A stretch of DNA of 64,000 nucleotides from an uncultured Gemmatimonadaceae bacterium (GCA_963781585.1 CAWAGQ010000004.1:224001-288000), one strand, 5' to 3'; counted from the first letter of the stretch, positions 11,110 to 21,805 are shown. The notes: generated from the sequence alone by a model not told the origin. Program-made: numbers and translations.

Positions 11110-11318
11110 GCACGCTCCGGGTTTCGATCAGGTATCCGCGGCAGATTGGACGGCCCGCCACATGCAGGGTGGGCGCATCGAGCGCGGAACATACACCGGA
11201 ACCGGGACGATGCCAGCCGCCGACGCGCCTGCGGGGCTCGGGAGCACACGATGCTGGCGCGCCTCGCGCGCGAATCCGGCGGTGCCCCGCGGCGGAGGGA
11301 GCTGGCGGCGCAGTGGCC

Positions 11319-11750
11319 CTAGCGGTCCTGCTCGCGCGGCCGGGCAGTGTAGCACCACGCTTCGCCCTCCAACACCGTGTCGCCCGCCTGATTGGTGACC
11401 TTTACCGCCAGCTGCGTCACCGGCTTGGTGGGGTGCACGTGCAGCACTTCGACGTCCGCCGTGATCGAGTCACCGACGTAGACCGGGGCGGTGAACTTCC
11501 AGCTCTGGCTCAGGAACACCGTTCCCGGGCCGGGCAGATCCATCGCCACCAGCGCGTGCAGGAGACCAGTCGTTAGGCCGCCCTGCGTGATGAGACGTCC
11601 GAACCGCGTTCCGGCGGTAAAGGCCTGGTCGAAGTGCAGGGGGTTGCGGTCGCCGGTCAGCTGCGCGAACGCTTCCACGTCGCCCGCCGTGATGGTGGCG
11701 CTCCGCGAGGCGCGATCGCCCACGCGCGGCGGGCCGGCCGGCTCCGTCAC
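11319..11750 (-). CDS. MaoC family dehydratase
   Basis: FAQLTGDRNPLHFD, LPGPGTVFLSQ, FTAPVYVGD motifs; GTG start overlaps the upstream stop. Confidence 0.9.
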   Translation of the reverse strand: MTEPAGPPRVGDRASRSATITAGDVEAFAQLTGDRNPLHFDQAFTAGTRFGRLITQGGLTTGLLHALVAMDLPGPGTVFLSQSWKFTAPVYVGDSITADVEVLHVHPTKPVTQLAVKVTNQAGDTVLEGEAWCYTARPREQDR

Positions 11751-12694
11751 TCCTCGGGCGGGCCACCGGCCCGCGCGACCTGGTCGGTCTTGATCTTCGC
11801 CGCGTCGAACCGGCGCGCACTCGCCAGCATCTTGTCGATCGTCTCGTCGAAGTCCGCTACCGCCCGTCGCTGGAACCGGAGCGGGTTGATACGTGCCACT
11901 ACGAACGCCCGCAGGTACGGGCTCTCGAACCCGCGCTTCTTGAGTAACGCCACGGCCTCGCTCACCGCCTCGTTCAGTTCCAGCAGCTTGGCCGCACGCG
12001 CCCGCCGCGTCTCCAGGGCAGTGGGCAACCTGGACGCCAGGAACTTGTCGCAGCGCTTGAGGACGCTGTGATACGCGCCGCCGGCGAAGCGCCCGTTCTG
12101 CTGGTAGCACAGCCCGAGTGTGATCAGTGCCGGCTCCTCGAACTCGGCAGAGAACTCCTTCTCCGGGCGGTCGTCCAGGGCCGCCAGCCCCTCGGCGAGC
12201 CGCGACACTTCGAGCGCGCGCTCCCGCAGGTTGTGCGCCTTCTCGGTGTTGAGCAGCAGGATGCGATGCGCCACTTCCGGCTCGGGAACGACGATAGCCA
12301 CGATGGACTTCGCGCCCAGTTCGCGCATCGCGCCCAGACGATGGTGCCCGTTAGGCGTCCAGTACTGCCCATCGTCGGCCGGCACGGCGACGATCGGATC
12401 GAGGTAGCGGTCGAGCCGGTCGATCGCCGACGACAACCGCTGCACGTGCAGTGCCGACAGGTCCCGCTGATACGGCGTGGGCGCCACCTTCGCGAGCGGA
12501 AGCGCGGCCAGCACCTGCCAGTGACCGCCAAGCGGGTCGCGGTAAGTGGCCAGGACATCACCGCCGTCGGCCATGACGCGCTCGGCCAGCCGCTGAATGG
12601 TGGCCGGCGGTTCCGCGGTGGCGAGCCGTCGCGCGTCGAGCCCCCGGGATGCGGCGGGGACCGCTGTCTTTCGTTTGCGTCGGACGGCGGGCAT
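11747..12694 (-). CDS. ParB/Srx N-terminal domain-containing protein
   Basis: PTPYQRDLS, PIVAV, TPNGHHRLGA ParB-like motif. Confidence 0.8.
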   Translation of the reverse strand: MPAVRRKRKTAVPAASRGLDARRLATAEPPATIQRLAERVMADGGDVLATYRDPLGGHWQVLAALPLAKVAPTPYQRDLSALHVQRLSSAIDRLDRYLDPIVAVPADDGQYWTPNGHHRLGAMRELGAKSIVAIVVPEPEVAHRILLLNTEKAHNLRERALEVSRLAEGLAALDDRPEKEFSAEFEEPALITLGLCYQQNGRFAGGAYHSVLKRCDKFLASRLPTALETRRARAAKLLELNEAVSEAVALLKKRGFESPYLRAFVVARINPLRFQRRAVADFDETIDKMLASARRFDAAKIKTDQVARAGGPPEE

Positions 12695-12748
12695 GATGTG
12701 GCAGGAGTATCGAGTGGTGCCGGGCCGCGTGCAACCCCTGGGACCACC

Positions 12749-13180
12749 CTAGATCTCGCCCTGACGCAACAGGCGCGCGCATGCATGCACTCCGCCCAGA
12801 TCGAGTCCCAACCAGGAGGCCGCTTCCGGCCAGGTGCGGAAGACCGCGAACCGCGCGCCGCTCGGCTGCACCGAAACGAGGATGTCGATCATCCGCGCGG
12901 TGGCGTACACCAGGTCCGAAGACGCCACCACCGCTGTTGGAACCGAGCCCACCAGGTCGGCGCCGGTCGCGACCTGCGCCGCGAGCGCTTCCACATCGGC
13001 CGCGGGCATCTCGAGTTCGTGGAGCGCGGACGAGTCGACCACGTGCGCGGCCGCGCCGCGCACCAGGGGATCATCGGCGCGGCGCCGACGCAACTGCGCG
13101 ATCTCGCCGAACGAAACCTTCCCCCAGTAGCACGTCAGGAGGATCCGCTCGCCCTGCCGATATCGGTACTCAGCTCCCAC
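12749..13180 (-). CDS. Hypothetical protein (STAS/SEC14-like fold possible)
   Basis: Co-oriented ORF; TAVVASSDLVYATARM...FRTWPEAASWL pattern. Confidence 0.55.
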   Translation of the reverse strand: MGAEYRYRQGERILLTCYWGKVSFGEIAQLRRRRADDPLVRGAAAHVVDSSALHELEMPAADVEALAAQVATGADLVGSVPTAVVASSDLVYATARMIDILVSVQPSGARFAVFRTWPEAASWLGLDLGGVHACARLLRQGEI

Positions 13181-13226
13181 GCCCGTGCCTCCCGGCCATC
13201 GTGCCGCACGACAGAAGGACCGCTCG

Positions 13227-13865
13227 TCACGACCCGACGTCACGGACCGCATCGGCCAGCGCAAGCCAGGCCGCCAGCGCCGCGGACTTCTCGTCCGCCC
13301 GCCACGGTGATCCGACCCTCCCCCCGATATCGGCGAGCGCCCGCCGGATGCCCCGGTCGCCGCGCTTCAGCCGCCTGACCGCCACGTGCATCAGCTCTTT
13401 CGCGGCGAACGTCGCGGGCTCGAGGCCCGCCGCACACACCCCGTCCTCCACAATCGTCCGGAAGAAGTGTCCTTCCTCCGCGTGCGCGCGAATATGCTCG
13501 TTGGCGATCGTCGAAGGGTCGATCAGACTTCCGGCCACGACGCCGGCACCGCACAGATCCCGGCCGGACGACCGGTATTCGCGAAACAGCCTCGCCAACT
13601 GCCCCCGCGCGTGAGTCTCTGCCACCCGGCGCAACCGTGCGACATCACGCGCGGCGGCAGCCCGGTGCACGCCGAGCGCCGCGTGGTAGGGCTGCGCTGA
13701 TGCGGGAACATCGGGATCGGACAGCTCCACCACACGCCGATCGGCGATCGCGGGCTCGTCGTCGGTCAGTCGCAACAGCACGACGACGCACCGTCCCGAT
13801 TTGACGCGGAACCCGGCGGCCCACCGGCCGGACTCCAGCGCCACCCGGCCGCGTTTGGACGCCAT
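13227..13865 (-). CDS. Hypothetical protein
   Basis: GFRVKSG, QPYHAA, HIRAHAEEG, GSPWRADEK; coherent ORF in a co-oriented run. Confidence 0.7.
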   Translation of the reverse strand: MASKRGRVALESGRWAAGFRVKSGRCVVVLLRLTDDEPAIADRRVVELSDPDVPASAQPYHAALGVHRAAAARDVARLRRVAETHARGQLARLFREYRSSGRDLCGAGVVAGSLIDPSTIANEHIRAHAEEGHFFRTIVEDGVCAAGLEPATFAAKELMHVAVRRLKRGDRGIRRALADIGGRVGSPWRADEKSAALAAWLALADAVRDVGS

Positions 13866-14050
13866 TGAATCGGTCCTCCCTTGTGCACCTGCGGCACTCC
13901 GTCGGTCATCCACGTCGGGGCCGGCGCGTCCTTCAGGTAGTGGTCGAAGAACTGCTTCATCCGCACCTGGAAGTCCTTCTGGTTTTCCTTCTTCGCCAGG
14001 TGATGCGGTTCGTCCGGATAAGAGAGGAAGATCACTTGCTAACCGTTGCG
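13864..14050 (-). pseudogene. Orphan copy of the 3' end of the S9 peptidase gene
   Basis: Encodes IFLSYPDEPHHLAKKENQKDFQVRMKQFFDHYLK...GGPIQ, near-identical to 15945-16131 with mostly synonymous differences. Confidence 0.9.
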
Positions 14051-14126
14051 GCTCGTGCGGGCGCGTCGGCGAGTCGGAACTGACCAGCGCCCTCGGCAGC
14101 GGTCCGAGTATCTCTCACCGGCGCCT

Positions 14127-15290
14127 TCAGAACGTGTAACGACGCAAGTACTGCAATCCGTCCTCGTCCACTCGTACGACGTAGATGGACCGCGGCCCGA
14201 AACCCACCACGTGACAATGCTGTGGAAGGATCACTCGTTCCACGAGACGGCCATCGCGGGCCAGCACGTCGTACATCGGCGGGTCGTCCACCGATCTGGC
14301 TCGCCGAATCCACAGTCGGCCATCCGGTGCGAACAGCAGCGCGTCATGAAGGAACGGCGGGAAGCCCGTTGGCCATCGGACTGGTCGTCCTGCACTCGGA
14401 GACCTCGTCATGGCGCGTGTGGCTCTTTTCGACCCTTCAGGGACGATGACGGCTTCGGTCGGCGAACTCAGCTCAGCCAGCCACTGCTTTTTGTCCTCCT
14501 CCGTAACCCGCACGCGTTCGTATGCGATCACGGGACCGTCCAACCGCCGGCCGCGCTCGAAGTACGTGACGCGATATGGATCGACCGACATCACGGCCAC
14601 GCGGCCGTCAGGTGCCACAATCCACTGATCACTGCTTCCGAAGCCGGGTATCTCCGATCTTGGCCGAACGGCGTGGCCACGACTCCCCGGCACAGGTTGG
14701 AAACCCAGGGCCGGATCTCGCATGAATGCCACCGTATCTCGGCGCCAGGTATTCAGGTCCAGTCGCTCGATCGGGGACGAATCGGACTGGGGCGTCGGAC
14801 CATTCGGCTGCATGCGTACGCCACCCAGCAAGTGATAGACGCTGTCGGCCGTGTCGCTCGCCGCAGGCACGACCAGCCTGGCTCCCGTCGCCGTATTAGC
14901 GCCAGCTCCCGCGCCGAGAAGGGTGATAATCGAGCCGATCTCCCCATGCGCGCTGACCGTAAGGAGCCTTTCGTTGCCCGCGTCGTAAACCGCGAGTTTC
15001 CGAACGCTCAAGGGCAGGAGTTGATTCGGACGGACGTACTCGCCGGGACCGCTTCCCGAGCGTCCAAGTTGTGTCACGCTTCCCTGAGCGAGGTCTACTA
15101 GGCGCAGCAACCATTCCCGCTTGTCGAGCAGCACGAGACGACCGTCTGCCAGCTCCCGGACGGCATCGACCTGCGTGAACCCCTCGGGCAGTTCAACGTC
15201 CGGCTTGGAAAGTGTGCGCGTGGCAACGTGCTGATGAGCCGATAGAACGGTCGATATGATCGCGACGCACGCGACGAAGTTGGTACGCAT
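14127..15290 (-). CDS. Secreted beta-propeller-like hypothetical protein
   Basis: Signal peptide; GRSGSGPGEY, APDGRLWI, YDVLARDG repeats typical of 6-bladed propellers. Confidence 0.75.
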   Translation of the reverse strand: MRTNFVACVAIISTVLSAHQHVATRTLSKPDVELPEGFTQVDAVRELADGRLVLLDKREWLLRLVDLAQGSVTQLGRSGSGPGEYVRPNQLLPLSVRKLAVYDAGNERLLTVSAHGEIGSIITLLGAGAGANTATGARLVVPAASDTADSVYHLLGGVRMQPNGPTPQSDSSPIERLDLNTWRRDTVAFMRDPALGFQPVPGSRGHAVRPRSEIPGFGSSDQWIVAPDGRVAVMSVDPYRVTYFERGRRLDGPVIAYERVRVTEEDKKQWLAELSSPTEAVIVPEGSKRATRAMTRSPSAGRPVRWPTGFPPFLHDALLFAPDGRLWIRRARSVDDPPMYDVLARDGRLVERVILPQHCHVVGFGPRSIYVVRVDEDGLQYLRRYTF

Positions 15291-15711
15291 GATTCACCGC
15301 CTGATTCCGGTGCACTTGATGAGGACCGAAGGCATTGGCAGAACACGAGCGTGTGCTTGAGATCCAGATGCCCAGCCGTCCATGGCATGACCCCGCGGAC
15401 CGACGCCAATCGCGTACCAGACGCGCGTGGCGCACTACTTCGACCGATTGTGCCGCACGGCACCGTGGCTTGCACTGCGGACATCGCGTCGTGAATCCGG
15501 CCCTCAATCGCGATGGAAGCGCACCCATCGTCTCGCCGGGGAAACAAAGCCTGGATGATCGCGCTGCTATTCATCGGACGTCATTCGGTGGTGCCCGCTA
15601 CAGCGACTTGACAGGAGCGCCGACCAGTTTACTGGCATCGCTTGTCAACACCACGACGCTCCCCCTAAAGCAAATTGCACGCACGAGTCACGTGCGCGGG
15701 TGCCGCGAAAC

Positions 15712-15908
15712 TAGTCCTGATGGACATAAATATATGAACGTATTCTCTGGACTTCTGGAGTCGCGCGTGGCACCCTTCCGTGACCTGGAGGGAGAAATGC
15801 CACGAGAGAGTCCTTTTGTGGTTCGCCTGTCCCGCGAGGAGCGGCGCATCCTCCAGCGGGCTGCACTCGTCGCGCTTCCAACCAGTTCTACGCCAGTGCC
15901 GAGGACTA
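15712..15908 (+). mobile_element. Possible internally deleted IS630-like relic
   Basis: TAGTCCT...AGGACTA inverted ends including TA; short ORF from 15797 (MPRESPFVVRLSREERRIL) resembles IS630 transposase N-termini. Confidence 0.4.
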
Positions 15909-15942
15909 CTGCACAGTCCTGAGGGCAGCATGAGCCGAAGGG

Positions 15943-18882
15943 CTATTGAATCGGTCCTCCCTTGTGTACCTGCGGCACTCCGTCGGTCATCCACTGCGGG
16001 GCGGGAGCCCCCTTCAGGTAGTGGTCGAAGAACTGCTTCATGCGCACCTGGAAGTCCTTCTGGTTTTCCTTCTTCGCCAGGTGATGCGGCTCGTCCGGAT
16101 AGGAGAGGAAGATCACCTGCTTGCCGTTGCGCCGCGCGGCGTTGAAGAACTGCAGGCCTTCGACCCAGTCCACCGCGCCATCCGCCGTTCCCTGCAGAAT
16201 CAGAAACGGCGTCTTGATGTTGCGCACATTGTAGACGGGGGACTGGCTCTCGTAGAGATCGTGTGAATTCCAGGGCGTGACGTTGTCTCCCATGCGCACC
16301 TGACCCACTTCGGTGATGCCCTGCTGGACGGTCCCCGTCTGCTTGTAGAGTTCGTCGTAGAAACTGATGAGGTTCGTGGGCGGAGCGCCGGTCACGACGG
16401 CGGCAAAGATGTCGGTCTGTGTGAGGATGTACGACGACTGATATCCACCCCAGCTGTGTCCCTGCAGCCCGATGTGGGCCGGATCCGCATAGCCGAGGGC
16501 GATCACCTTCTTCACCGCCGCCGTCACGCAGTCCACCGCCGAGGTCCCCGGTTTGCCGATCTCGTAGACCACGTCGGGCTGCAGCACCAGGTAGCCATCG
16601 CTGGCGTACTCCGACATGTGTGGCCGATCGTCGTACACCGGCATCGAGAACGAGTGATGCGTGTTCGACATGATCTCGTAGAAATAGACCAGCATCGGGT
16701 ACTTCTTCCCGGGTTGGTAACCGGCGGGGAGGGTGAGGGTAGCCTGGAGGCGCCGTCCCTTCGAGTTCTTGTAATCGATGAGTACCTTCGAGCCCCAGGC
16801 GTACTCGCTCAGTTGCGGGTTGGCGTCGGTGACCCTGGTCGGGTTGCTGTATGACGTCGAAGCCACCCAGTAGTCGGGAAACTCGTTGAAGGTCTGCTCG
16901 GTGTAGAGCACGCGGTCGGCCTCGGACGCCTTCTGCGGAGTCCCGAACTGTTTGTCCTCCCAGCGAAGGGGCGCCGGCGCCTGACCCGGCGCGACACGCC
17001 AGAATCCTGTCTTCTTGGTCCACTCGCCGTACGCCGACAGAGTGAGCGGCTGGCTCAGATCGATTCCCGCGTCCTCCGCGCTGCCTCCGCCAAAGCCCCC
17101 GCCGCGGCCGCCGCGACCGCCCGCACCATAGCGCACCAGATGGAATTCGATTTGCTGCGCCGCCCCGATGCCCCTGGTGAGGTTCACGGCCTTGCCGCCA
17201 TCGAGCGGGAGCTGCCACAGATCGTACTTGTCGTACAGCAATACGGAGTGTCCGTCCTTCGACCATCCTGCCACGCCGAACACCGGCTTCTCGTAGTCGT
17301 GGTCGTCTTCGTCGTTCACGAAGCTTCGACCGGCGGCCGCATCCACCGCGATCGCCTTGCCGGACTCCAGATCGTACGCCATGACGTGCTTGTTCTGGAG
17401 GTAGAGGAACCACCGCCCGTCGGGCGAGATGCCCATCGTGCGCGTGAGCTTCGACGCAATTGGTGTCCGCTCCCCGGTCTCGAGACTCACCCGGTAGTAG
17501 TCGGCGTGCCCCCCACTCCACGCCACCTCACCACGGTAGGTCGTATCGTTCCGCCCCACCGCCCACTTCCCGTTAGGCGAGGTGGACAGGGTGCGCATGG
17601 CGCTGTCCGCCAGCACCAGGAATCGTCCGGAACCCACCAGCAGCTCGCCGGGATAGGTTGCGCGCCGCTCCTGCTGCAGACGCACCATCTGTACTGATTG
17701 CGGTTCGGCATCCTTCCAGTGCCAGACATCCACGTTGGCCCTGGGTTCCTCGCTGCGTGGTGGCTCGGGCTCCTGTTCCTTCACTCCCACGAAGATACGG
17801 GCGCCGTCCGCACTCCAGCGCGGCGGCGTGAACTCGCTGATCACCATCCCCTTTGGGAAGGCCGCGTCGTGCGAGGGATCATACGTCAGATTCCGCGAAC
17901 CTGTCGTGCCGAGGGCCGTCCACGCGAGGAGTGTGTTGTCCTTCTGGCGGTTGGCGCGCTGCTTTTCGCCACGCAGGACGGCGAGGTTCGATCCCGAGTC
18001 ACTCCACGCCAGTTGATCGTAGTCTGCCGCGGCTCCATCCAGAGTCTGCGCGAGGCCGCTCGCGAGCTCGAGCAGATAGATCCCGTTGCCGAGCCGACTG
18101 GTGGCGTCGACCGTGTAGGCGAGCAGGCGGCCCGCGTCGTCGAAGTCGTACTGGACGACGTTGCCGACGTTGCGGATCGTCCCGGTGGAGAGGTCGCGCA
18201 CGAGGAGATCGGTGCCCTGTACACTCGTGTCCGCCCCGGCAGCCCGGTTGAGGCGCACAGCCAGCCAGTGCGATCCCTTGGAGAACTGGAATCCGGCAGG
18301 ATTCGGAACGCTGAACTTGGCGCCGTTCGTCAGATCCAGCAGTTCCAGCCGCCGCTGACCACGGCCTCCGCTGCCCCCTCCGGGAGCCCCGCGGCCCGGA
18401 CTCTGCGCGCCTGGCGGCACGGCGCCGCGGCTCCCGCGCCCGCTCGCGCCGGGTGCCGGCGTCGGCGGATTCACGTAGTACGCCACCCAGTGCGAATCGT
18501 CGGAGAACTGCGGTCCTCCGCCGCCGCCCCCGCCACCGAAGCCGCCGCCGCGACCGCCGCCGGCCGGAGCGCCAACGGACGTGGAGTACACCGTGGTCCC
18601 GTCCAACTGCTTCACGAAGAGCGTCGCGTCGCCATCGTTGGGTTGATACGTGTAGGTGACCCACTTGCCATCCGCCGACAGCGACGCCGCGGTAATGCGG
18701 TTCCATGTCGCGTAGTCGCTCAGCCCCAGAACCTTCAGGCTCGGTGACGCCGCCCTTGCGGTCGTCGCGACGGTCGCAACGCGCGCGCTTTGTTGAGCGC
18801 GTGCAGACCGTCCAGGCGCGATCCAGGCAACCAAGGCGAAAACCAGCGGCCAACGTGATGACGAGCGACGCATGGGACGCAT
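15943..18882 (-). CDS. S9 family (prolyl oligopeptidase-like) secreted peptidase
   Basis: GHSWGG nucleophile motif, GTADGAV Asp, EPHH His; N-terminal propeller and signal peptide. Confidence 0.93.
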   Translation of the reverse strand: MRPMRRSSSRWPLVFALVAWIAPGRSARAQQSARVATVATTARAASPSLKVLGLSDYATWNRITAASLSADGKWVTYTYQPNDGDATLFVKQLDGTTVYSTSVGAPAGGGRGGGFGGGGGGGGPQFSDDSHWVAYYVNPPTPAPGASGRGSRGAVPPGAQSPGRGAPGGGSGGRGQRRLELLDLTNGAKFSVPNPAGFQFSKGSHWLAVRLNRAAGADTSVQGTDLLVRDLSTGTIRNVGNVVQYDFDDAGRLLAYTVDATSRLGNGIYLLELASGLAQTLDGAAADYDQLAWSDSGSNLAVLRGEKQRANRQKDNTLLAWTALGTTGSRNLTYDPSHDAAFPKGMVISEFTPPRWSADGARIFVGVKEQEPEPPRSEEPRANVDVWHWKDAEPQSVQMVRLQQERRATYPGELLVGSGRFLVLADSAMRTLSTSPNGKWAVGRNDTTYRGEVAWSGGHADYYRVSLETGERTPIASKLTRTMGISPDGRWFLYLQNKHVMAYDLESGKAIAVDAAAGRSFVNDEDDHDYEKPVFGVAGWSKDGHSVLLYDKYDLWQLPLDGGKAVNLTRGIGAAQQIEFHLVRYGAGGRGGRGGGFGGGSAEDAGIDLSQPLTLSAYGEWTKKTGFWRVAPGQAPAPLRWEDKQFGTPQKASEADRVLYTEQTFNEFPDYWVASTSYSNPTRVTDANPQLSEYAWGSKVLIDYKNSKGRRLQATLTLPAGYQPGKKYPMLVYFYEIMSNTHHSFSMPVYDDRPHMSEYASDGYLVLQPDVVYEIGKPGTSAVDCVTAAVKKVIALGYADPAHIGLQGHSWGGYQSSYILTQTDIFAAVVTGAPPTNLISFYDELYKQTGTVQQGITEVGQVRMGDNVTPWNSHDLYESQSPVYNVRNIKTPFLILQGTADGAVDWVEGLQFFNAARRNGKQVIFLSYPDEPHHLAKKENQKDFQVRMKQFFDHYLKGAPAPQWMTDGVPQVHKGGPIQ

Positions 18883-19280
18883 CCTCACAAGGGAATCGAG
18901 CGCGGAGTTGAAAGAGCGGACGGGCAAACGGCAACCGGGCCAAAGGCCAAATGGCACATCGCGGCGAATCTAAGCTGCGCGTTGCGAGGCCCTTGTGCGA
19001 GAGGCGATTACTCTTTGGCACGGACGCGGCCCGGTCGCGCGGGGGACTCCTGCATATCCTCCGACCGCACTCGGCTCGTGGCTGATTGGCGGCCAGTTGG
19101 CGGGTGGGCTGGTTACCCTCGAACGGAACTGCGTCTCGCGCGTAGGTTACCTGCCGGCGACGGCGATCCAGCTATGGCGGCCCTGCACTTTGGTCGGTCC
19201 GTGTGTCATGCTGGACAGTATTTGCTCCGTCCGGCATGTTGGCCGGCCGTGGATGGTCTGATAATTCCTCTCTTCCTCGC

Positions 19281-21758
19281 ATGACTGAAGCGCACTCGCA
19301 TTCCGTTCCCGCGCCGTCAGAATCGAGCCGCGCGCTCCCGCTTCTGCTTCTGCTCTTTGTGGGTAGCGGGTTGGCCGCACTCATCTATGAAGTGGTGTGG
19401 TTCCAGCTTCTGGTGCTGGTCATCGGGTCGACCGCTGTGTCACTGGGCGTGGTCCTGGCGACGTACATGGGCGGACTCTGCATCGGGAGCCTGGCGCTTC
19501 CCCGATTCGTCTCGCCCCGCAAACACCCCCTGCGCATCTACGCGCTGATCGAATTGGGCATCGGTGTCATCGGCATGGTCGTTCTCTTCGCCGTCCCCTT
19601 CCTCGGACATCTTTATTCCGGCGCCGGGGCGCAGGGATTTTCAGGAATCGTGCTGCGTGCAGTGGTCTGCGCGATCTGTCTGCTCCCCCCGACGATCCTG
19701 ATGGGCGCGACGCTCCCCGCCGCGGCCCGTTGGGTCGAGTCCACGCCGCGCGGTGTCTCGTGGCTGGGGCTGCTGTACGGGAGCAATACGGCCGGCGCGG
19801 TCATCGGCAGTTTGCTCGCCGGGTTCTTCCTGCTCCGTGTCTATGACATGGCGACGGCAACGTTTGTGGCAGCGGCCGTGAACTTCATCGTCGCCGGCCT
19901 CGCGATCGTCCTGGCACGTCGGACGGCGGGCGGGATCGAGGAGGCCGAGACGACGGCAGACAGCGTGGCTCCAGCGGAGGCCCTCCCGGGCGCGTGGGCG
20001 GTATACGTCACCATCGCGCTTTCCGGCGCCACAGCACTGGGTGCGGAAGTGGTGTGGACGCGACTGCTCTCGCTGATGCTCGGCGCGTCCACGTACACGT
20101 TTTCGATCATCCTCGGTGTGTTCCTCTTCGGCCTCGCGTTCGGAAGCGCGGGAGGATCGTGGCTCGCTCGCCGGCTCACGCAACCCAGAGCCGCCCTCGG
20201 ATGGTGCCAGCTCCTGCAGACCCTCGGTATCATGTGGGCCGCCCTGATGATCGCCGTCGTGCTGCCGTACTGGCCCATCAACCCGTCGCTCGCTCCAAGT
20301 CCCTGGTTCAATATTCATCTCGACCTGACGAAGACCCTGTGGGTCGTTGTGCCCGGCGCGATACTGTGGGGAGCGAGCTTTCCGCTGGCCCTCGCTGCGC
20401 TCGTGTCTCGCGGCGAGGACTCCGGACGGCTGGTGAGCCGCGTGTATGCCGCCAACACTGTCGGCGCAATCCTCGGCGCGCTGGTGTTCAGCCTCGTCAT
20501 GATTCCGTGGTTCGGAACGCATACGGCACAGCGCGTGCTCATCGTGCTGACCACGCTCTCCGCCGTGCTGATGTTCGTCATCGTGATGTTGCCGCGGGCC
20601 GCATCATCGAGCGGTGGTGCGCCCGCGTCGCTCCGTCGGTTCGGTCTCACCTCGAGTCTGATCGCGGTCGGACTCGGCACCTTGCTCGCCATCAAGGTGC
20701 CCGACATCCCGCCGCTGCTCGTCGCGTTTGGCCGATACATGGTCACCTGGATGGGGCAGGTGGACATCCTCTTCACGGGCGAGGGAACGAACTCGTCGAT
20801 CGCCGTGACACAGCTGCACAGCAGCGGGGCGACGCAGTTCCACGTGGCCGGCAAGGTACAGGCGTCGAACCTCACCCAGGACATGCGGCTGCAGCGGATG
20901 CTGGGCCATCTGCCGGCGCTCATCCATCCGGATCCCCAATCGGTCCTGATTGTGGGCTTCGGTGCCGGCGTGACGGCGGGCACGTTCGTGCCGTATCCCG
21001 ACATCCGGAACATCACCATCTGCGAGATCGAGCCGCTCGTGCCACGGACGTCGTCGGTCTACTTCAAGAACGAGAACCGCGACGTCTTTCACGATCCGCG
21101 CACACGCATGGTTTACGATGATGCGCGGAACTACATCTTCACCACGAAAGACAAGTTCGACATCATCACGTCTGACCCACTCGACCCGTGGGTGAAGGGC
21201 GCCGCCACGCTGTACACCCGCGAGCACTTCGAGGCCATCAAGCGGCACCTCAACCCGGGTGGGGTCGTGAGCCAATTCGTCCAGCTCTATGAAAGCAACC
21301 TCGAGGCGGTCAAGAGCGAGGTCGCGACCTTCCTCGATGTCTTTCCGAACGGGACCGTCTGGGCCAACAACATCAATGGCAAGGGGTATGATGTCGTCCT
21401 GCTCGGCACCGTGGAGCCGACCAGGATCGACGTGAATCAGGTGATGGCTCGACTGAACCGGCCGGATTACGCACCGGTCGTGCAGTCCATGCTCGACGTC
21501 GGCTATCAGACGCCCATGGATCTGTTCGCCACCTATTCCGCGAACAAGAGTGACCTCGCCGAATGGCTCCAGGATGCGCAGGTGAATCGCGATCGGAACC
21601 TTCGCCTGCAGTTCCTCGCCGGCCTCGGATTGAACGAGTACAACAGCGAAGGCATCTACGACGACATGGCGCGCTTTCGCAGATTCCCCGAAGGCATGTT
21701 CGTTGCCGACGACGCCTGGTTGCAGCAGCTGCGCAACGCGATGGGATTCTATCCGTAG
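19281..21758 (+). CDS. Fused MFS-like membrane domain / spermidine synthase-like methyltransferase
   Basis: GSGLAALIYEVVW, VLIVGFGAGVT, DDARNY, FDIITSDPLDPW motifs. Confidence 0.88.
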   Translation: MTEAHSHSVPAPSESSRALPLLLLLFVGSGLAALIYEVVWFQLLVLVIGSTAVSLGVVLATYMGGLCIGSLALPRFVSPRKHPLRIYALIELGIGVIGMVVLFAVPFLGHLYSGAGAQGFSGIVLRAVVCAICLLPPTILMGATLPAAARWVESTPRGVSWLGLLYGSNTAGAVIGSLLAGFFLLRVYDMATATFVAAAVNFIVAGLAIVLARRTAGGIEEAETTADSVAPAEALPGAWAVYVTIALSGATALGAEVVWTRLLSLMLGASTYTFSIILGVFLFGLAFGSAGGSWLARRLTQPRAALGWCQLLQTLGIMWAALMIAVVLPYWPINPSLAPSPWFNIHLDLTKTLWVVVPGAILWGASFPLALAALVSRGEDSGRLVSRVYAANTVGAILGALVFSLVMIPWFGTHTAQRVLIVLTTLSAVLMFVIVMLPRAASSSGGAPASLRRFGLTSSLIAVGLGTLLAIKVPDIPPLLVAFGRYMVTWMGQVDILFTGEGTNSSIAVTQLHSSGATQFHVAGKVQASNLTQDMRLQRMLGHLPALIHPDPQSVLIVGFGAGVTAGTFVPYPDIRNITICEIEPLVPRTSSVYFKNENRDVFHDPRTRMVYDDARNYIFTTKDKFDIITSDPLDPWVKGAATLYTREHFEAIKRHLNPGGVVSQFVQLYESNLEAVKSEVATFLDVFPNGTVWANNINGKGYDVVLLGTVEPTRIDVNQVMARLNRPDYAPVVQSMLDVGYQTPMDLFATYSANKSDLAEWLQDAQVNRDRNLRLQFLAGLGLNEYNSEGIYDDMARFRRFPEGMFVADDAWLQQLRNAMGFYP

Positions 21759-21805
21759 TCTGCTGCCCGCCCGGGACTCCCGCGCCGAGCTGAGGGTGTA
21801 GCACC

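Noticed and set aside
13864..16131. Diversity-generating retroelement TR/VR pair
   Set aside because: Differences are mostly synonymous and not confined to adenines (e.g. CGG/CGC, TCT/TCC), and no reverse transcriptase is present in the window
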